This document shows, in pieces, positions 28,344 through 39,455 of a stretch of DNA of 64,000 bases; the stretch's first letter is position 1; every line of letters begins with the position of its first letter. A program made the position numbers and the translations under genes. The stretch covers positions 236,452 to 300,451 of the forward strand of contig CAWFTI010000001.1 of NCBI GenBank assembly GCA_963818745.1, in the 5' to 3' direction. The DNA comes from Thermoplasmatota archaeon. GTDB taxonomy: Archaea > Thermoplasmatota > Thermoplasmata > UBA10834. Under the pieces are notes generated by a model. That model did not search any database. It was not told the DNA's origin and saw only the letters and a list, made by a program, of their open reading frames with translations.

Positions 28344-28979
28344 ATGAGAGCGAAGGAGCAGACCCAGTCCGCGAACCAGAGCGATACCAGGCGGAGGATA
28401 CTCGAGGCTGGCCTCCGAGTCTTCGGGGAGAAGGGATTCACCGCAGCGACCACAAAGGACATTGCCAGGAGAGCCAAGGTCAACGAGGTCACGATATTCA
28501 GGCTGTTCAAGTCGAAGAAGGCCCTGTTCGCGGACGCCGTCGCGGAGGGTTCGCCTCTGGCGCAGATAAGGAAGGCGGTCTCGTTCGCGCCCGAGACCAC
28601 CCTTGACGACCTGATGGTCAAGAACGCAAAACTGGCCCTCTCCATGCTGAGGGCGAACAAGCACCTGTTCATGGTGATGTACGGAGACGCCTGGAGACAG
28701 CCCAAGGTCCGGGAGGTCATAAGCGACATGCTCGTGGACAAAGGGGTGGAATTCCTCGCTGAGTTCATGGAGGTCCAGATGGAGGCGGGCAGGATGCGCA
28801 GGATGGACCCGGTCATAGCCGCCAGGGCGTGGATGGGCACGATCCAGGCGCACTTCATAATGAAGGACATGCTGGGCTCGAAGAAGCTCGGGCAGATCGA
28901 CGAGGACAAGATGATCAAGGGCTTCGTTTCGATATTCCTCGATGGTATGAGGGGACATTCCGGAGGCGAGGGTGCATGA
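28344..28979 (+). CDS. TetR/AcrR-family transcriptional regulator
   Basis: N-terminal HTH RRRILEAGLRVFGEKGFTAATTKDIARRAKVNEVTIFRLFKSK. The stop overlaps the next start (ATGA). Confidence 0.85.
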   Translation: MRAKEQTQSANQSDTRRRILEAGLRVFGEKGFTAATTKDIARRAKVNEVTIFRLFKSKKALFADAVAEGSPLAQIRKAVSFAPETTLDDLMVKNAKLALSMLRANKHLFMVMYGDAWRQPKVREVISDMLVDKGVEFLAEFMEVQMEAGRMRRMDPVIAARAWMGTIQAHFIMKDMLGSKKLGQIDEDKMIKGFVSIFLDGMRGHSGGEGA

Positions 28980-29758
28980 CCGGGCGAGGACACGCAGGCG
29001 GCTTCGGGGACAAGCCGAAGAGCGGGCGGAAGGACGACGCGACGATCAGGATCGAGAAGCTGAGGAAGGTGTTCGGGGACCTCGTCGCGGTCGCGGGCCT
29101 CGACCTGCGCGTCGAGAAGGGCGTGCTGTACGGCATGATCGGCCCCAACGGCTCCGGGAAGACCACCACTATCAGGATGCTGGTCGGGCTCGCGAGGCCC
29201 ACCGGCGGGAAGGCGTGGGTGCTCGGCGAGGAGGTCCCCATGAGACGGGGCGTCGAGAGGATAGGATACATGCCCCAGGAGATGGCGATCTACACCGACC
29301 TGACGGTGCACGAGAACCTGGAGCTGTTCTCCCAGCTGTATTCCATGGACGACGCTGCCTTCCGCGAACGCGAGAAGGAGCTGCTCGGGATGATCGACCT
29401 CGGGGACCGCAGGGACAGCCTGGTCTCCCAGCTCAGCGGCGGGATGAGGCACAGGGTGTCGCTCGCCTGCGCCCTGGTCCACGACCCCGAGGTCGTCTTC
29501 CTCGACGAGCCGACCGTGGGCGTGGACCCCGAGCTGAGGGCCGGGTTCTGGAGGTACTTCGCCGACCTGAAGGACAGGGGCAAGACCATCGTCCTCACGA
29601 CGCACTACATGGACGAGGCGACCAGGTGCGACATCGTGGGCATGATGAGGCTCGGGGAGCTGATCGCGGAGGGGACCCCCGAACAGCTCATGGCCGGCGC
29701 ATCCGCCGGCAACCTCGAGGACGCGTTCATGCAGTACGCGAGGAGGTCGGGAAGATGA
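28976..29758 (+). CDS. ABC transporter ATP-binding protein (ABC-2/DrrA-like)
   Basis: Walker A GPNGSGKTT, signature LSGGMRHR, Walker B VVFLDEPT. ATGA overlaps at both ends. Confidence 0.9.
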   Translation: MTGRGHAGGFGDKPKSGRKDDATIRIEKLRKVFGDLVAVAGLDLRVEKGVLYGMIGPNGSGKTTTIRMLVGLARPTGGKAWVLGEEVPMRRGVERIGYMPQEMAIYTDLTVHENLELFSQLYSMDDAAFREREKELLGMIDLGDRRDSLVSQLSGGMRHRVSLACALVHDPEVVFLDEPTVGVDPELRAGFWRYFADLKDRGKTIVLTTHYMDEATRCDIVGMMRLGELIAEGTPEQLMAGASAGNLEDAFMQYARRSGR

Positions 29759-30915
29759 GGATCGACCGGACCCTGGCGATCTCCCGCAAGGTCCTGCGGT
29801 CGCTCAAGCACGACAGGAGGACCGCGGGCTTCCTCGTCCTCATGCCCCTGTTCATGATCGCGATATTCGGGTACGCCTTCGGCGGCAGCGTCAGGGAAGT
29901 GCCCGTGTACATAGTCAACCTCGACGAGGGGTTCAACGGCACGATGGTATCGGACATGGTCATCGACGACCTCCGATCGAGGGACGTCCTGAAGATCGTC
30001 GAGGTCCTCGGGCCTGAGGACCTGGCGGCGGATCCTATCGGGACTTCGGTCGACAAGGTGGAGAAGGCGGAGATATGGGCGGCGATAGTGTTCGACGAGA
30101 ACTTCTCGGCGGACGCGATGGCCGCGCTGGCGAGCCTGAGGGCGGGGCTGCCTGCAGTGCCCGCGAGCATACAGGTCCACATGGACGCGACGAACCCGAA
30201 CGTCGCCCAGGCGGTGACGGCCGAGCTCCTGAGAGCCGTCCAGACGGTCACGGTGGGAGAATGGCACCTCGTGCCCCCGATCGCGCTCGATCAGGACCTG
30301 GTGTACGGCGAGGGCGCGGAGTTCATCGACTTCTTCGCGCCCGGAGTGATGGGCCTCGCGGCCATGATGGTCACGTTCATGCTCTCGATAATATCGTTCG
30401 TGCACGAGCGCGCCACGGGCACGCTCGACAGGCTGCTCACCACGCCGGTGACCGAGGGTGAGATAGTCTGCGGGTACGCCGCGGCCCTCGGGCTGGTCGC
30501 GCTCATCCAGTCGACCATCATCCTGTCCGCGGCCGTGCTCCTGTTCCAGGTGCAGGTCGAGGGGAACATCCTGCTCGCCCTGATGATCATATTCCTCCTG
30601 GGCATAGGCAACCAGGGGCTCGGGTTCCTGCTGTCCTCGAACGCGAAGAACGAGTTCCAGGCGGTCCAGTTCATGCCCATCGTCCTGTTCCCGTCCATCC
30701 TGCTCGCGGGGGTGTTCTGGCCGCTCGAGGCCGTGCCCGACTTCCTGAGGCCGGTCTCGTACTTCATCCCCCTCACCTACGCGGTGGACGGCGCGAGGTC
30801 GGTCATGATCAGGGGCTGGGGTCTGGGAGAGGTCTGGTTCCAGGTGCTCGTGCTCATCCTCTTCGCAGCCATAATGCTCCTGCTCAGCGCTTACAGCCTC
30901 AAGAGGAGGAGGTGA
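29755..30915 (+). CDS. ABC-2 type transporter permease
   Basis: N-terminal TM, a large extracytoplasmic loop and then five or more TM helices, a typical ABC-2 layout. Translationally coupled to the ATPase gene. Confidence 0.8.
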   Translation: MRIDRTLAISRKVLRSLKHDRRTAGFLVLMPLFMIAIFGYAFGGSVREVPVYIVNLDEGFNGTMVSDMVIDDLRSRDVLKIVEVLGPEDLAADPIGTSVDKVEKAEIWAAIVFDENFSADAMAALASLRAGLPAVPASIQVHMDATNPNVAQAVTAELLRAVQTVTVGEWHLVPPIALDQDLVYGEGAEFIDFFAPGVMGLAAMMVTFMLSIISFVHERATGTLDRLLTTPVTEGEIVCGYAAALGLVALIQSTIILSAAVLLFQVQVEGNILLALMIIFLLGIGNQGLGFLLSSNAKNEFQAVQFMPIVLFPSILLAGVFWPLEAVPDFLRPVSYFIPLTYAVDGARSVMIRGWGLGEVWFQVLVLILFAAIMLLLSAYSLKRRR

Positions 30916-31742
30916 CGGTCGTGGCCGTGAACCCGAGGGTCGTGTTCGTCTCCGACGGAGAGGAGATAACCCACAGGCAGCTGGAGGCGCTGCTCGCGCT
31001 GCACGAGAAGGGCAGCATGAAGAAGGCGTCGGCGCTCATCGGCATCTCGACCCCTGTACTATACAAGTATATCCGTGAGGTCGAGGCGAAGACCGGCCTC
31101 GAGCTCGTCAGGTCCACGAGCAGGGGCAGCACGCTGACCCCGGACGGGAAGGAGCTCATCGGGAGGTTCAAGGCGTACGAGCTGAGGCTCAGGGACGACC
31201 GCATCCTGAGGGTCGCGGGCACGCTCGTGTCCGAGAGGTGCGTGCTCACGGCCGCGTCCGCGATATCGGAGAAAGGCGTCCGATGCAGGGTCACGATCTC
31301 GACCGACGAGGAGAACCTCGGGCTGGCCGACCGCCGATCCGTGGACTGCGTCGTCCTCGACGACGCGATGTACGCGATGGAGCGCGCGCCCGAGTCGGAA
31401 GGGACCGAGATCGGCTCCGACATCCTGATGCACAGGGACGCGGGCCCGGAGTACGCGAGGCTCGCGTTCGGGGCGCAGCGGCTCGGGTTCAGATACCTCG
31501 AGCAGAAGGGCGTCGCGCACTCGGTCGTCAGGGAGATATGGGAGCCCGCGCTGCTCGACCAGACGGACCTGAGCTACTTCGTCAACAGGAGCCTCGTGAG
31601 GCGGGGCGTGGTGTGCGCGACGGGAGCCAAGGAGCAGAAGTGGTCCGTGCACTCGGTGATCGGGCTCCCGTGCTCGGAGCACCCCGACCTGAGGGCGTTC
31701 ATGGCCGAGGCCAGGCGTGCAGGGCTTTACCGAAAAGGGTAA
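30912..31742 (+). CDS. LysR/ModE-type winged-helix regulator with C-terminal ligand-binding-like domain
   Basis: GTG 30912 lies behind AGGAGGAGG. HTH EKGSMKKASALIGISTPVLYKYIREVEAKTGLELV resembles the LysR/ModE N-domain. Confidence 0.6.
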   Translation: MTVVAVNPRVVFVSDGEEITHRQLEALLALHEKGSMKKASALIGISTPVLYKYIREVEAKTGLELVRSTSRGSTLTPDGKELIGRFKAYELRLRDDRILRVAGTLVSERCVLTAASAISEKGVRCRVTISTDEENLGLADRRSVDCVVLDDAMYAMERAPESEGTEIGSDILMHRDAGPEYARLAFGAQRLGFRYLEQKGVAHSVVREIWEPALLDQTDLSYFVNRSLVRRGVVCATGAKEQKWSVHSVIGLPCSEHPDLRAFMAEARRAGLYRKG

Positions 31743-31785
31743 CGCGTAAGCCTTTTCAGCAAAACGCTCTTATATCCGCCAGGCC

Positions 31786-32322
31786 GTGCGTCGTCCGGTG
31801 ATATTCCTGGTGGATGCCAAGGAACCGAACCCAGAGTTCACGAGAAAGGTCATAGAGGCGGGGGGCAAGACGGTCAACCTGTGCTTCCAATGCGGCACAT
31901 GCACGGGGAGCTGTCCGTCCGGAAGGCAGACTGCGTTCAGGGTCAGGAAGGTGGTCAGAAGGGCCCAGCTGGGCTTCGAGGAGGATGTGCTCCCCTCGGA
32001 GGACCTGTGGCTGTGCACCACCTGCTTCACATGCTACGAGAGATGCCCGAGGGGCGTCGAGATCGTGGACATCATCATGGCCCTCAGGAACATGGCCGTG
32101 AGGAAGGGCTACATGGCGGAGCCGCACAGGAAGGTCGCGGAGCTCATATCCAAGACCGGGCACCTCGTGTCCCTCAGGGACGAGGACAAGGCCCTCAGGA
32201 GCAAGCTCGGACTCCAGGCCACGCCGCCGACGGTGTTCTCCGACCCGAAGGCCTTGGAAGAGGTCAAGAAGATCGCGGCCGCATGCGGCTTCGACAAGCT
32301 CGTACAGACAGGAGGTAAGTAG
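31786..32322 (+). CDS. hdrC: heterodisulfide reductase subunit C-like protein
   Basis: Two ferredoxin-type clusters, CFQCGTCTGSCP and CTTCFTCYERCP. GTG 31786, or GTG 31798 if the mRNA is leaderless from the CTTATATCC box at 31769..31777. Confidence 0.8.
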   Translation: MRRPVIFLVDAKEPNPEFTRKVIEAGGKTVNLCFQCGTCTGSCPSGRQTAFRVRKVVRRAQLGFEEDVLPSEDLWLCTTCFTCYERCPRGVEIVDIIMALRNMAVRKGYMAEPHRKVAELISKTGHLVSLRDEDKALRSKLGLQATPPTVFSDPKALEEVKKIAAACGFDKLVQTGGK

Positions 32323-32324
32323 AC

Positions 32325-33179
32325 ATGGCAAAGTACGGATTCTTCCTGGGCTGCATCATGCCGCTCAGGTACCCAGGGATCGAGAGCTCGTCCAGGGAGG
32401 TCCTGGGATCGCTCGGGGTCGAGCTGGTGGACATGCAGGGCGCGAGCTGCTGCCCCGCTCCCGGGGTCATGAGGTCCTTCGACCAGACATACTGGATGTC
32501 CGTGGCCGCCAGGAACCTGGCGATCGCGGAGAAGATGGGCGTGGACATCGTGACCATATGCAACGGGTGCTTCGACACACTGTTCGAGGTCGCGCACAAG
32601 CTCAACCACGACCCCGAGCTGAGGAAGAAGATCAACAAGATACTGAAGGACGCCACGGGCATGGAGTACAACGGCACCGTGAACGTCAGGCACTTCGTGG
32701 AGCTGCTCTACAAGGACGTCGGCGTCGAGGCCGTCAGGGCCAAGGTGAAGGGCGGGAAGAACCTGAAGGCGGCGGTTCACTACGGCTGCCACTTCCTGAA
32801 GCCCAGCAACATCAAGAAGATCGACGACTCCGAGAGGCCCCATGTGTTCGACGACATCGTCGAGGCCGCGGGCATGACGAGCGTGCCGTACAAGGACAAG
32901 GGCACGTGCTGCGGCGCGGGCGGAGGCGTCAGGGCGAGGACCCCGGACGTGGCGCTCAAGATGACCAAGGAGAACCTGACCAACATGAAGAACGCGGGCG
33001 TCGATGTGATCGTCGACTGCTGCCCGTTCTGCCACCTGCAGTACGATGCCGGCCAGGTCGCCCTGAAGGGCGAGTTCGCGATACCCGTCCTGCACCTGTC
33101 GCAGCTGCTCGGGCTGGCGTTCGGCCTGCCGAAGGAGAAGCTCGGGCTCGAAGTGCACCAGACAAAGGTGAACCTGTAG
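32325..33179 (+). CDS. hdrB: heterodisulfide reductase subunit B-like protein
   Basis: Two CCG-type cysteine-rich domains (..GASCCPAPG.., ..GTCCGAGGG.., CCPFCHLQ). Confidence 0.85.
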   Translation: MAKYGFFLGCIMPLRYPGIESSSREVLGSLGVELVDMQGASCCPAPGVMRSFDQTYWMSVAARNLAIAEKMGVDIVTICNGCFDTLFEVAHKLNHDPELRKKINKILKDATGMEYNGTVNVRHFVELLYKDVGVEAVRAKVKGGKNLKAAVHYGCHFLKPSNIKKIDDSERPHVFDDIVEAAGMTSVPYKDKGTCCGAGGGVRARTPDVALKMTKENLTNMKNAGVDVIVDCCPFCHLQYDAGQVALKGEFAIPVLHLSQLLGLAFGLPKEKLGLEVHQTKVNL

Positions 33180-33198
33180 GAACGAAGGAGACCCGGAG

Positions 33199-33471
33199 AT
33201 GCACGTCGCAAAGCTGGTGGCCATAACCGAACTGAGGAACGTGCCTCCGGAGATCCGACCCTTCGTCGAGTTCAAGGCGGCGGTCGAGGACCGGAAGCTC
33301 GACGAGGACGAGCTCGTGGGCGTGCTCGTGATAGACACGACCACGAGCTACATCCCTGTTTTCCTCAAGGACCCCGCGCCCATGCACGAGCTCGAGAAGA
33401 TGCTCGCGGCGCAGGAAGCGCAGCTCTCGGCCGACGCGAAGGCGGCTCTCGCGAGGCATCTGAAGAAGTGA
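33199..33471 (+). CDS. hypothetical protein (90 aa)
   Basis: ATG lies behind GGAG and 19 nt after the hdrB stop. Coding-like composition; no family recognised. Confidence 0.5.
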   Translation: MHVAKLVAITELRNVPPEIRPFVEFKAAVEDRKLDEDELVGVLVIDTTTSYIPVFLKDPAPMHELEKMLAAQEAQLSADAKAALARHLKK

Positions 33472-33571
33472 TACGACGGGCGCGTCCGCCGGGCAAGTTT
33501 CATTACCGTCTGGCGCGTTCCGGGTCAGCAGGAAGAGCTCTCGTCCGACAACAGCACCGGAGGTTTCCAGG

Positions 33572-33712
33572 ATGACACAGAAGATGTACAAGTGCTTCGT
33601 CTGCGGGAAGATGTACAAGGACGAGCAGCGCGCCATCGACTGCCACAAGGCGCCCGTACAGCATGTGCTGAAGAGGGACGACCTCAAGAAGCCGAAGTTC
33701 CTCGGCAACTGA
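33572..33712 (+). CDS. 46-aa zinc-finger-like micro-protein (absent from the ORF track)
   Basis: Hand-translated: MTQKMYKCFVCGKMYKDEQRAIDCHKAPVQHVLKRDDLKKPKFLGN*. Strong SD GGAGGT at 33559..33564 lies 7 nt before ATG 33572. CxxC..C-H arrangement. Confidence 0.5.
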   Translation: MTQKMYKCFVCGKMYKDEQRAIDCHKAPVQHVLKRDDLKKPKFLGN

Positions 33713-33731
33713 GGCCATCCCTTCCGTCGCC

Positions 33732-35160
33732 ATGGATTCTCGATCGTCGGAGCGTGACAACATGACCATAGAGGAGCTGCACAGGGAGATCGACAGGGAC
33801 TGGACCAAGCACCTGAAGAAGACCCGGGACCTGCTCAGGATCCCGAGCGTCTCGATGACGGGCGAGGGCATCGAGGAGACGGCCGAGTAAGGTCTCCCAG
33901 ATGATCTCGGACCTCGGTGCGAAGCCAAAGCTGTTCAAGGCATCGAAGAAGAGCTTCCCGCTGGTCACGGGATACCTGGACGTCGGCTCGGACATCACCG
34001 GCCTGCTCTACGGCATGTACGATGTCATGCCCGTCGGAAACCTGGACGAATGGGACCACCCGCCGTTCGGTGCCAAGATCGTGAAGGACAAGCGCTTCGG
34101 CGAGATCCTCGTGAACAGGGGCGTGTCCAACTCGAAAGGGTCGCTCGCGGGCAGCCTCCTCGCCATCAAGACGATGGTGGACGAGGGCCAGATGCCCATG
34201 AACATACATTTCATGATCGAGGGCGAGGAGGAGAAGGGCGGACAGAGCCTCCCGAAATACGTGCACGCGAACAGGGAGAAGCTCTCCAAAGCGGATGTGG
34301 CCTGGACGCTCGACTACTGCGAGAACGCCAACGGCGTGCCCGTGATCCAGCTCGGGATGAAGGGATGCGTGTACTTCGAGCTCGAGGCGAAGGGGTCCGA
34401 GAACGGAGGACCCATGGAAGGGGAGATCCACAGCAGCGACGCGGTGTGGGTCCAGAGCCCCGCCTGGAGGCTCGTGCAGGGGCTGTCCACGCTTGTGGAC
34501 GACGACCAGAGGCCCGCAGTCGACGGGCTCTGGGACGATGTCGCTCCTCCGAGCGAGGCCGACCTGAGGTTGGTCAAGAAACTGGCCAAGAGGATCGACC
34601 TCGACGAATACGCGAAGGAGATCGGCATCAAGAAGTTCAAGTTCGAAGGCTCGAAGGAGGAGATGATCAAGCGCTACCTCTTCGAACCGTCGCTCAACAT
34701 CGACGGGATCGTCTCTGGCTACATCGAGGAGGGGACGAAAACGGTCCTCCCGCCGAAGGCCATGGCGAAGCTCGATGTCAGGCTCGTGCCGAACATGACG
34801 ATCGATGGGACCAGGAGGAAGGTCATGGACCACCTCAGGAAGAGAGGCTTCACAGAGATCACCATGAGGAACTTCGACGACTATCCGTGGTGCAAGGTCT
34901 CTCCGAACGACATTGCGTCAAGGGCGTGCATCGAGGCGATGAGGTACCACGGCAAGGACCCCGAGGTCTGGCCGATGACCGCGGGGTCCGCTCCGCTCTA
35001 CCTGTTCGACCAGGTCCTGGGAGTGCCCTGGTGCTACACCGGTCTCGGGCACAGCGGGCGACCGCACGCGCCGAACGAGTACGCGGTCGTGAAGGGCATG
35101 AAGGACTTCGAGAAGAGCGTCATGACGGTCATGTGGAAATACTGCGAGCTCAAGGGATGA
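33732..35160 (+). CDS. M20-family metallopeptidase/dipeptidase (one +1 frame break near 33.89 kb)
   Basis: The N-terminal ~50 codons (..LLRIPSVSMTGEGIEETAE*) stop at TAA 33888. The +1 frame continues ..KVSQMISDLGAKPKLF.., with M20 core motifs HFMIEGEEEKGG and GHSGRPHAPNE. Alternative start at ATG 33762. Confidence 0.8.
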
Positions 35161-35395
35161 CGGCTTCCCGGGAACGGTTCGAAAAGCAATCGGCACGAGG
35201 CGTTTCCGATATCCGAACATGCACTACTCTATTCGACTCGGACGATTGTTCTCCGCGAGCGCGCGCGCAGGAGACCCGAAGGCGATGCGCCGATGCGCGG
35301 TCGAGGCATTGGCTCGCCGCGGAGCAACACGCTTCCCAATGACCGATGAAGGCGCGAAATTGCGCACTGTTTTCGCATTGTCCAGACGCATATCA

Positions 35396-35403
35396 TTTAT
35401 ATA
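35396..35403 (+). promoter_or_regulatory. consensus archaeal TATA box upstream of the opp-like locus
   Basis: TTTATATA lies 81 nt upstream of the TTG 35484 start. GGGGGA SD at 35472..35477. Confidence 0.5.
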
Positions 35404-35483
35404 GCATGGAGTTTAATGCGGAGTCCAGTTGGCCGGGTGGAACCGGTCCACTGAGAGATGATTTGTCTAATGGGGGACTGTAG

Positions 35484-38400
35484 TTGAAGGAGAGTTGCTT
35501 CAAAGGAATAACTCGTGCGCTTGCATTGGCCATAGCAGCCGTGTTCATATTCTCCGGCGTTCCCGCCCTCATGGGCGTGCAGCCGGCGGTCGTGAATGCA
35601 TCCGCTGCAACGACGGACGACGTGCAGCTGGGTTGGCTCAATTTCGAAGTCCAGAACTGGAACCCGCTATGCATCGAGATGGTGGAAGACTATGTCGTCT
35701 GCTACCTCCTGTACAGCGGACTGTTCACTTATGACGAGAACTGGGGAGGCCCTGTGAACGACCTCGCAACGGGCTACTACCAGGTCATCAACGGGGACGG
35801 GTCGATGGACACATTCGTGAACATCACCGAGAACGCGTTCTTCAGGAACGCGGCCAACCCGAACGACAAGTCGTACAACCTGAAGGCCTCCGACGTCGTC
35901 TGGACCTACGAGACGGTCCAGGCAAACCCCGGTAAGACCTTCGACTGGTATCTACTGGACTGCACGGAGTTCGAGGCGACCGAGGAGTACCAGGTCAGGA
36001 TCCACACGGAATTCGTGAAGGCCACGCTGATTGACGACGTGGGCTCGATCCCGATTCTGTCCGAGGACTATTGGGTGGAGACACTTCAAGACCAACCCCA
36101 TGAAGTCCGTCAGCCCTGATCAGAGCTTCGGGACCGGCCCGTTCGTATTCAACAGCAGCCTGTCGAAGACCTGGTACAGGTTCGACAAGGGGCTCAACTA
36201 CTTCGGTGAACCCGATTACGCAGGCGACAGAACCGTCGACATCGACGCGATTGTATACAATGTCTACACTGACTCGAACGCGCTCGTCGTCGACATGAAC
36301 AACGGGGGCCTCGACGCCGTCACCCTGTCCGGTGACATAACGAACTACTTGGGCATGCTCGGCGTCGGCTCCGGCGTCAACATAATCAAGCAGGCCGTGC
36401 AGGAGCCCGGCATCTGCGATATCGCAATCAACGCGATCCCGACCACGTTCAGGACCAGCAACTACGGCACTGGCAACCCGATCCTGCTGGACCCGGTAGT
36501 CAGAGAGGCCATAATGATGACCCTGAACAAGAGCGGCATCGTGGAAGACTACCTGCATGGACTGGCGGTCCAGGCCGACTCCGTCGTCCAGCCCGGGTTC
36601 TGGCACTACACGCCTGAGAACCAGGTGCCCTTCGACCCGGATGGGGCGAGGGCCCTGCTGGAGGCGAACGGATACGTGACGAACGACGGACGGATGGCTT
36701 GAGGTGACCGAAGACTCGTACGCTTACACGAATTGCGGGGTCGCCGTGGGCACGCCGCTGACAGGCATAAGGTGCCAGGCGCCTGACACCGACCCGACAT
36801 ACTACGACATAACCATTGCATGGAGGGACTGGGCCGCGGAGGCCGGCATCGGCTTCGACTCGACCCAGGAATCCGAGGGATACATGACAACCACCTCCTG
36901 GTACCAGGCCGACTACGACATATGGGTCTGGCACTGGGGATGGGGGCCTGAGCCTCTCGGAGGCGCGCTGAGCTGCTGGGTCACCAGCGAGATAGAAGAG
37001 GGCGGGGACAACTGCCAGAAGCCCATGGGGCCCTGGTGGTACGGACCCGACAACTACACGGACGCGCCGTCGGCGTGGGGCCTGACCGGGCCGTACTCCG
37101 CGTTCGACCAGAACTTCTCAGTCGCGTCAGAGACCCTCGATGTCACGGAGAGGAAGGCCATCGTCGACAAGCTCCAGCAGTGGGTCTACGACTCATACTG
37201 TGAGAACCCGCCGTACTACGACCTCGGCCTGTACGGCTTTACCGACGTCAGGTTCTCTGGCTGGGGTGACTGGGAAGCCCACAACGGCAGGCCGATAACA
37301 TCCGACCTGCTCTGGACATGGTTCGACCTCGTCCCCGCTGCGAACAAGCCGCCGATATTCAACACGGGCTTGCTCAGCCTGTACGAGCCAAAGGTCAACA
37401 CCACGCAGACATTCTCCGTCACGATATCCGACCCTGAAGACGACCCGATACAGGTGAACTGGTCCGCAGGCGACGGCATCGGCAGCTACACGCAGGATGT
37501 CACCGGCACCACATCCGAGCCGACGACCATCACCTGGGATTACACATACCTGACGCCGACGACGGAGAGCCTCGAGGCGAAGGTCACGATCTGGGACCAC
37601 GAGCTCGAACCACGAAGTGGCGAGCACTGCGGTTGTCAATGTGGTTACCGAGCTCGACTACGGCCCGAACATCAAGGACCTGCTGGCCGACCCCTCGCCA
37701 CCGGCGTTGGTATATGTCGGGCAGTCTGTCGACTGGACGCTCGTTGCCAACGACACCGAGACTGGCGATGAAGCCGGGGAGTTCCTCAGGATAACCTGGG
37801 ACTGGGACGACGGGTCCATGGATGTTGTGGAAGCGATCCCCACCTCGGCCGGAGCCGATGTGACGGTCGAGATCTCGCACACGTGGGAGTTCGCAGTCGA
37901 GTACAATGTCACGGTCTATGTGTACGACATGACCTTTGACAACGAATTCCACAACGTGTCGGCCTGGATGCTCTACGATATCATCGAGAACACCGAGCCT
38001 TCGGCGCCGTCGGTCTCCGCCATCGCGGGCCTGCCGAATGTGCCGGTCCCGTGCGCGGCTGTCACCACGGACGCCGACCCGGACGTGCTCACATTCTGGT
38101 GGGACTGGGGCAACGACACCTTCACCAAGGACGTCAAGGACATGACCCTTACCCCGGGTGTGGCTGTGACATCTACGGTATACCACACATGGACCGCGGA
38201 GGGTAACTACGCGGTGACGGTCTCGGTGGACGACGGAGAGGGCCACAACGAGTCGACCGACGCAGTGGCCGCGATCTGGGAAGGACCAGTCGCGCCGACC
38301 GCCCTCGGCCTGGTGCAGGACCCGAGCCCCGGCATGGCCGGAGTCCTGGTGACGCTCAACCTGAGCGCCGCGGACGCCAACGAGGACGCGCTGACGTTCT

Positions 38401-39336
38401 ACCTGCTGTTCGGGGACGGCAACTCCACGACCGCCACGACGCCTGGAGGGACCTACGATCTGCAGTATGTCGAGGTGACACACACCTACGAGGTCGGAGA
38501 CACCTACACTGCCACGCTCTTCGTCAACGACACACTGAACAACGATGTCCCAGACTTTCGATGTGGTGATCGCCTCCAACGCGGCGCCGAGGATATCGAT
38601 CTCGTCGAGCTATGTCGCGGTCTTCAACGCAGTGTTCAGCGTCACGCCGATATCGGTGTCCGACGCGGACGACGACACGGTGACGGTCTGGTACGACTGG
38701 GGAGACGAGACACCGGTTACCATGGGCGAAGACGCCCCGACGTACACGGGCAACCACACATACATGACGGGTGGCACGGTCACTCTGGTGGCATATGCGG
38801 ACGATGGACAGGGCCACAACTCGACCGCCTCGGCGAGCGTCAATATCCAGGACGCGAACTCCAAGCCGTCGGCGTCTGTGGTCGTATTCCCGTCGAAGTC
38901 GACCTACGATACGGACGAGACGATCACCTTCACTGTCACATGCAGTGACGACGAAGGAGACACCGTCACCGTCAACATCAGCTTCGGGGACGGGGCCTAT
39001 GACACCGAGACGATAGCGACTGACCCTGATGTGGAGGAAAATGTGACCTTCACGCATGCGTATTCCGCGACAGGGACATACGACTGGACCGTGACGGTCA
39101 TGGACGACGTGTTGCACGCTGACATGAACTGGCAGGAGGCGCCCGGGACCATAGTGGTCGAGAAGATCTCCACCGGCATCAGCATGGCCCTCATCGGAGG
39201 CATAGTCGCCATCTTGGCGATAGTGATCATCGCCGCCCTGTACTTCCTGATGAAGAAGAGGAAGAAGTCGGACGGGGGGAGCGGAGGAGGCATGGAGGGC
39301 ATGGCGCCCCCGGAGCCACCGCCGCCAGCGACCTGA
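35484..39336 (+). pseudogene. family-5 (Opp/Dpp-type) solute-binding protein fused to six PKD-like repeats and a C-terminal TM anchor; four +1 frame breaks as sequenced
   Basis: Five consecutive ORFs (35484, 36031, 36704, 37617, 38545) sit in frames 0,1,2,0,1. N-terminal signal/TM; SBP_bac_5-like core (GTGPFVF, LLEANGY). PKD-like repeats: IQVNWSAGDG, LRITWDWDDGS, LTFWWDWGND, LTFYLLFGDGN, VTVWYDWGDE, VTVNISFGDGA. TM helix ALIGGIVAILAIVIIAALYFL. Confidence 0.75.
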
Positions 39337-39455
39337 GGAGACGTCAAACTCAAGAAAACCATTCCCAAACCCCTTACAAACCACCTCCTTTGTGAGACAG
39401 GGAGCGTTAGGCAGGTGCATCGGACTAGCCTACGGAATAGAACCATACGGACGGT

